DNA of 61,138 bases, counting the filler, from Candidatus Tectimicrobiota bacterium (GTDB lineage Bacteria; JACPSX01): the NCBI GenBank assembly GCA_016193065.1. It is 5 parts of 5 records of this genome, joined end to end, with 100 filler letters (N's around TTAATTAATTAA, not from the genome) between each part and the next. Parts side by side here need not be neighbours in the genome. Positions count along the whole stretch, not along the records: positions 54,309 to 61,138 come from JACPSX010000227.1; 4 more parts are not named here. One strand, 5' to 3'. A program made the position numbers and the translations under genes. Within the stretch, counting starts at the first letter, position 1; the number at the start of each line of letters is the position of its first letter. Shown here one piece after another: positions 57,911 to 61,138 of the stretch. The notes under the pieces were generated by a model. The model saw only the letters and a list, made by a program, of their open reading frames with translations, did not search any database and was not told the origin of the DNA.

Positions 57911-58698
57911 GGCCTCCGTTTGTTGGAACCGGGTGTGCCGTTGCATTCCACTTCAAAGTACAAGTCGGTGCTCATAAAGGGGATGGCCCGGACGTATGTC
58001 CGGCCCTTGATCAATTTCTCCGGTAAGGTGATCTCCGCGTGGACCTCCCGGGTCTCCCCGGGTCGAATCTCCCGCGGGTTCGCATGGAAGGTCACCCGGG
58101 CAGGACGGATGTCGGTGGCGCGGATCTCGCGCAGGAGCCGGTCGAGATACGCCTGATGGCTTTCGCCTTCTTCCGTCTGGCGCAAGGCATATACGAGCGA
58201 GCGGCCGAACCAATCGCGCTCCTCGAGGTGGACCAGCGCCAGCTCGGGTACCGTGTGCGTCACGTTGCCCCGATTCGTGATGACGAGGGGCTGGGAGAAC
58301 ACCTGCCCGGCAACGCCGCGGAATTGGAGGCGCTCAGGCGCGACGCGCACGTCCAACTTTTCCAGGACGTGGACCACAACCTGCTCCCGTTGCTCCCCGC
58401 AGGCGAGTTCAGCGGTGTACTTGCCGGGCGGCGTGTAGGGGTCCACGAAAAAGTGGGCCCGCACGCGGGCGCGGTCCCGTGGCGCGAGGCGAGCGGCCAG
58501 CCGCACCTCTTGGAGTCCCCGGACGGCGAGCGCCTCCCCCTTGTGACCGGTGGCGCCAATCGCCCGCACTTTCACTTTTTCATCCGACGCATTGATGAGC
58601 TCCAGATCGCCCGAACACATCGGCGGCACGCCGCTGAGTATGAACGGCCCGGCACCGAGCCGCCACGCCTGTCCAGGCGGAGCTGTATGCTTTTGCAT
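57907..58698 (-). CDS. Hypothetical protein with predicted tandem beta-sandwich domains
   Basis: AAGGAGG RBS; TPPGKYTAEL and LVITNRGNV...IRPGETREV patterns. Confidence 0.8.
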   Translation of the reverse strand: MQKHTAPPGQAWRLGAGPFILSGVPPMCSGDLELINASDEKVKVRAIGATGHKGEALAVRGLQEVRLAARLAPRDRARVRAHFFVDPYTPPGKYTAELACGEQREQVVVHVLEKLDVRVAPERLQFRGVAGQVFSQPLVITNRGNVTHTVPELALVHLEERDWFGRSLVYALRQTEEGESHQAYLDRLLREIRATDIRPARVTFHANPREIRPGETREVHAEITLPEKLIKGRTYVRAIPFMSTDLYFEVECNGTPGSNKRRP

Positions 58699-58754
58699 GA
58701 TGGCGTCCCTCCTTTGCCACAGCCGGTGGCGCGCAAGGCTTCACCCGCAGGGGC

Positions 58755-59141
58755 TCACGCGCACGTTTCGGTCTTGTGCGGCACATAGTCCTCGATCACA
58801 ACCATGCTTTCCCCGCACACGCAGAAGGACAGCAGCTCCATTCCCAATGTGCACAGGCCGAACTTGAGGTTGACCGGGAAGTGCACGCGGGTCGGTTTCA
58901 TGGCCATCTCGACATGCAGGTCGATCCGCGGAAGCTCCTTGATACGGATGTTGTCGAGACCCATGTCCACTTTGCTGTCGCTCGTGAGCTTGCTATCGCT
59001 CGTGAGCTTACTGTCGCTGTTGAGCGAGATGGTCGGGAGTTCCTTGACGTGGATATTGTCCAGATCCATGTCCAGACTGCCGCTCAAGGCCATATTCGAG
59101 TCAATGGTGTAATGGGTGGGAACGCTGATACCCTTGCTCAT
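58755..59141 (-). CDS. Small repeat-containing hypothetical protein with Cys-containing C-terminus
   Basis: AAGGAG RBS; duplicated M.LDNI..KELP.I flanking (SDSKLT)x2-SDSK; C-terminal FGLC...FCVCGES...TCA. Confidence 0.8.
   Translation of the reverse strand: MSKGISVPTHYTIDSNMALSGSLDMDLDNIHVKELPTISLNSDSKLTSDSKLTSDSKVDMGLDNIRIKELPRIDLHVEMAMKPTRVHFPVNLKFGLCTLGMELLSFCVCGESMVVIEDYVPHKTETCA
58971..59018 (-). repeat. In-frame 18-bp tandem repeat
   Basis: AGCGACAGTAAGCTCACG AGCGATAGCAAGCTCACG AGCGACAGCAAA. Confidence 0.85.
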
Positions 59142-59179
59142 CTACAATCTCCTTCTTTGTGCCGCGGGCCGTGCAACCT

Positions 59180-60265
59180 TCATAAGTCCCTGTAGATCAC
59201 GTAATCGATCATTTCTTCGAGAAACCGTCTGTGCGGCGTTTCCGCCAAGTCGCCCATCTCGCCAAGGAAAATGGTCCTGGCCGATTCTGCAAACCTCCGG
59301 GACACGTCGCGCCCATAGTCCAGACACCCGTACTTATACATCAACCCCAGCACCTCCTCGACTTCCGGTGCCGTCTTTCCTTCCCGCGGCTTGGACATGA
59401 CGCGCACCATGCGCTGATGCTCGCGCGCGCTGCACCGTTGCAGCAGTTTGATGAGCATCAGCGTCCGCTTCCCTTCCCAGATGTCTCCTGCCGTTTCCTT
59501 GCCGTAGCGCCCCTCTTCGCCGACCAAGTTCAAGAGGTCGTCCTGGATCTGGAAGGCGACACCCATGTAATACCCGAACCGGATGAACGCGTCCAGGTTG
59601 GCGTTGTTGCTGCCGCCGATGATCGCCCCGATCCGGCAGGGCGTGATGCACGTGTACCAGCATGTCTTCTTGCAGGTCATCACGTGATAGTGGCGGTCGG
59701 TGAGGTTCCAGTGCCGATTCTTCACCCACTCCAGCTCCATCGCCTGCCCCTCCACGGATTCCCGCGCCATTCGTTCGATCTCCTTGAAGATTCTCAGCGT
59801 CTTCTCCAGCCCGAGGACCTCGAGGTTGTTCAGGAGCGGGGTCATGGAAAGCACGTTCAGCGCGTCGCCCACGTTGATCGCGATGGCGACTCCGTACTTC
59901 CGGTGAATGGTCGGCTCGCCGCGCCGGTGGATGGATTCATCCTCTACGTCGTCGTGCACCAGAAAGGCATTGTGAAACAGCTCCAGGGCCACCGCCGATT
60001 GCAGCGCGTGCTCCAGCCGTCCCCCGAACGCCTGGCAGGTGGCGAGGCACAGCGCGGGCCGAAGCCCTTTGCCGGCGCGGAGCGGGTATTCGGCCAAGCG
60101 CCCCGCGAGCGCCTTTTGGAATCGCTTCGCCGCGATGATCCGGCGCATCTCGCTGATCACGGCGTCGCGATACGTGAGCAGCATCTCGGAAAAGACGCGG
60201 TCCGCATGCGGCGGCGTACTCCCATGGGGTTGACGTGCCGCACTCCCATTCCCTTGTCTTTCCAT
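59180..60265 (-). CDS. Polyprenyl diphosphate synthase (GGPPS-like)
   Basis: GKGLRP, FARM AFLVHDDVED..RRG, GQAME, KKT, SARM FQIQDDLLN, DIWEGKRT. Confidence 0.93.
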   Translation of the reverse strand: MERQGNGSAARQPHGSTPPHADRVFSEMLLTYRDAVISEMRRIIAAKRFQKALAGRLAEYPLRAGKGLRPALCLATCQAFGGRLEHALQSAVALELFHNAFLVHDDVEDESIHRRGEPTIHRKYGVAIAINVGDALNVLSMTPLLNNLEVLGLEKTLRIFKEIERMARESVEGQAMELEWVKNRHWNLTDRHYHVMTCKKTCWYTCITPCRIGAIIGGSNNANLDAFIRFGYYMGVAFQIQDDLLNLVGEEGRYGKETAGDIWEGKRTLMLIKLLQRCSAREHQRMVRVMSKPREGKTAPEVEEVLGLMYKYGCLDYGRDVSRRFAESARTIFLGEMGDLAETPHRRFLEEMIDYVIYRDL

Positions 60266-60357
60266 AGTTTTCCCAGGGATCCCCTGAAGGACTCTCAGCG
60301 CGTACGGGTCCCGAGAGAACTCCTCCACCCACCCGCCTTTTTTGCCGAGCGCCGCTC

Positions 60358-60912
60358 TCACCGCCAGCCCCCATTGTTCTTCACCTGCTCGGGCATACCG
60401 CGAGCCCGCAGCTCCGCCCAGGCGATCCGAAACCATACCGAATAGCGCCCCGGGCTCGCCGCCACGTCGTCGCTCACCTCGTCGACGCCGGCCCAGCGCC
60501 AGTCATCCACCTCGTCGGGATTGGGCCGGGGATCTCCCTCGAACTCCCCTACGAAGACGTGATCGTACTCATGCTCGGTCAGGCCATGGTCCAACTCGGC
60601 CTTGTAGATGAAGCTGAAGGCCGGGGACAATGCGCAATCGAACCCCATCTCCTCATGCAATCGCCGGCGGGCCGCCTCTCCGATGGGCTCTCCCGGCCGC
60701 GGATGGCCGCAGCAAGTATTCGTCCACAACCCACCGGAATGGTACTTGGTGACCAACCGCCGCTGTAGGAGCAACCGGCCGGCTCCGTTGAACACGAAGA
60801 CGGAAAAGGCGCGGTGCAGCGTGCCTTGTTCGTGCACGGGGATCTTCTCGCCCGTGCCCACTTCCACGTCGTTTTGGTCCACAAGGACGAGCTTTTCTTC
60901 CACTTCACTCAC
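60358..60912 (-). CDS. idi: Isopentenyl-diphosphate delta-isomerase, type 1
   Basis: LHRAFSVFVF, LLLQRR, WTNTCCGHP, RRLHEEMG, EHEYDHVF, NPDEV, WF. Confidence 0.96.
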   Translation of the reverse strand: MSEVEEKLVLVDQNDVEVGTGEKIPVHEQGTLHRAFSVFVFNGAGRLLLQRRLVTKYHSGGLWTNTCCGHPRPGEPIGEAARRRLHEEMGFDCALSPAFSFIYKAELDHGLTEHEYDHVFVGEFEGDPRPNPDEVDDWRWAGVDEVSDDVAASPGRYSVWFRIAWAELRARGMPEQVKNNGGWR

Positions 60913-61138
60913 CCTGCGCGGGAGGACCCGGCAAGCTGGAATGTGTCGGCCGACGGTGTATTATTGATCTGTTCCGGGGGTTTTGCCACATCAGAGCCGC
61001 GGCAACGATTCCACATGGGTCACTACCCCCAACATCGGGTCAATGAGGACACCTTTCCTGTTGTGATGCAGGGGCGCCCCAAACTCTTCTGGATATTTTG
61101 ACGCTACACTTCTTAGAGGGCATGGTCAAGTGGAAAAC

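Noticed and set aside
60266-60357. Possible riboswitch between idi and the prenyl synthase
   Set aside because: Only a weak hairpin; no known aptamer consensus recognised.

Overview
GC-rich bacterial sequence, apparently a metagenome-assembled genome. It is five contigs joined by artificial N..TTAATTAATTAA..N spacers (22429-22528, 36557-36656, 45922-46021, 54209-54308), so synteny across those junctions means nothing. Contig 1 has a xanthine-dehydrogenase-family operon with a broken large subunit, housekeeping genes (rimI, pepA, a degenerate HldA-like kinase, a long coiled-coil protein) and a minus-strand accessory island. The island holds an unannotated Trp/Cys-rich operon with a DUF1360-like gene, an integron-integrase remnant, and toxin-antitoxin and alpha-amylase cargo separated by miniature RAYT (Y1 transposase)-derived elements. 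Contig 2 has a Rieske/cytochrome b/pentaheme cytochrome c operon headed by an NAD(P)/FAD Fe-S oxidoreductase, a NarX/NarL-type two-component system, a sigma54-type Tim44 locus, vapBC and decayed metal-handling and ABC genes. Contig 3 has ftsK (partial), cutA, an SDR, a sigma54 activator with a probable target promoter and UAS palindromes, an IscU-like gene and a 2-oxoacid:ferredoxin oxidoreductase. Contig 4 has copA/csoR, a collapsed mntH, an acyl-CoA dehydrogenase, a Kef-type antiporter, slyD and an AbiE remnant. Contig 5 is the best candidate for an undescribed system: a co-oriented, partly translationally coupled operon of idi, a polyprenyl synthase, five unknown proteins (some Cys-rich or predicted Ig-like), a CrtC/tocopherol-cyclase-like protein and an SCP2-like protein. 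Many genes keep both ends but have lost their middle. No rRNA, tRNA or CRISPR array was recognised. All family assignments come from motif recognition by eye, without database searches.
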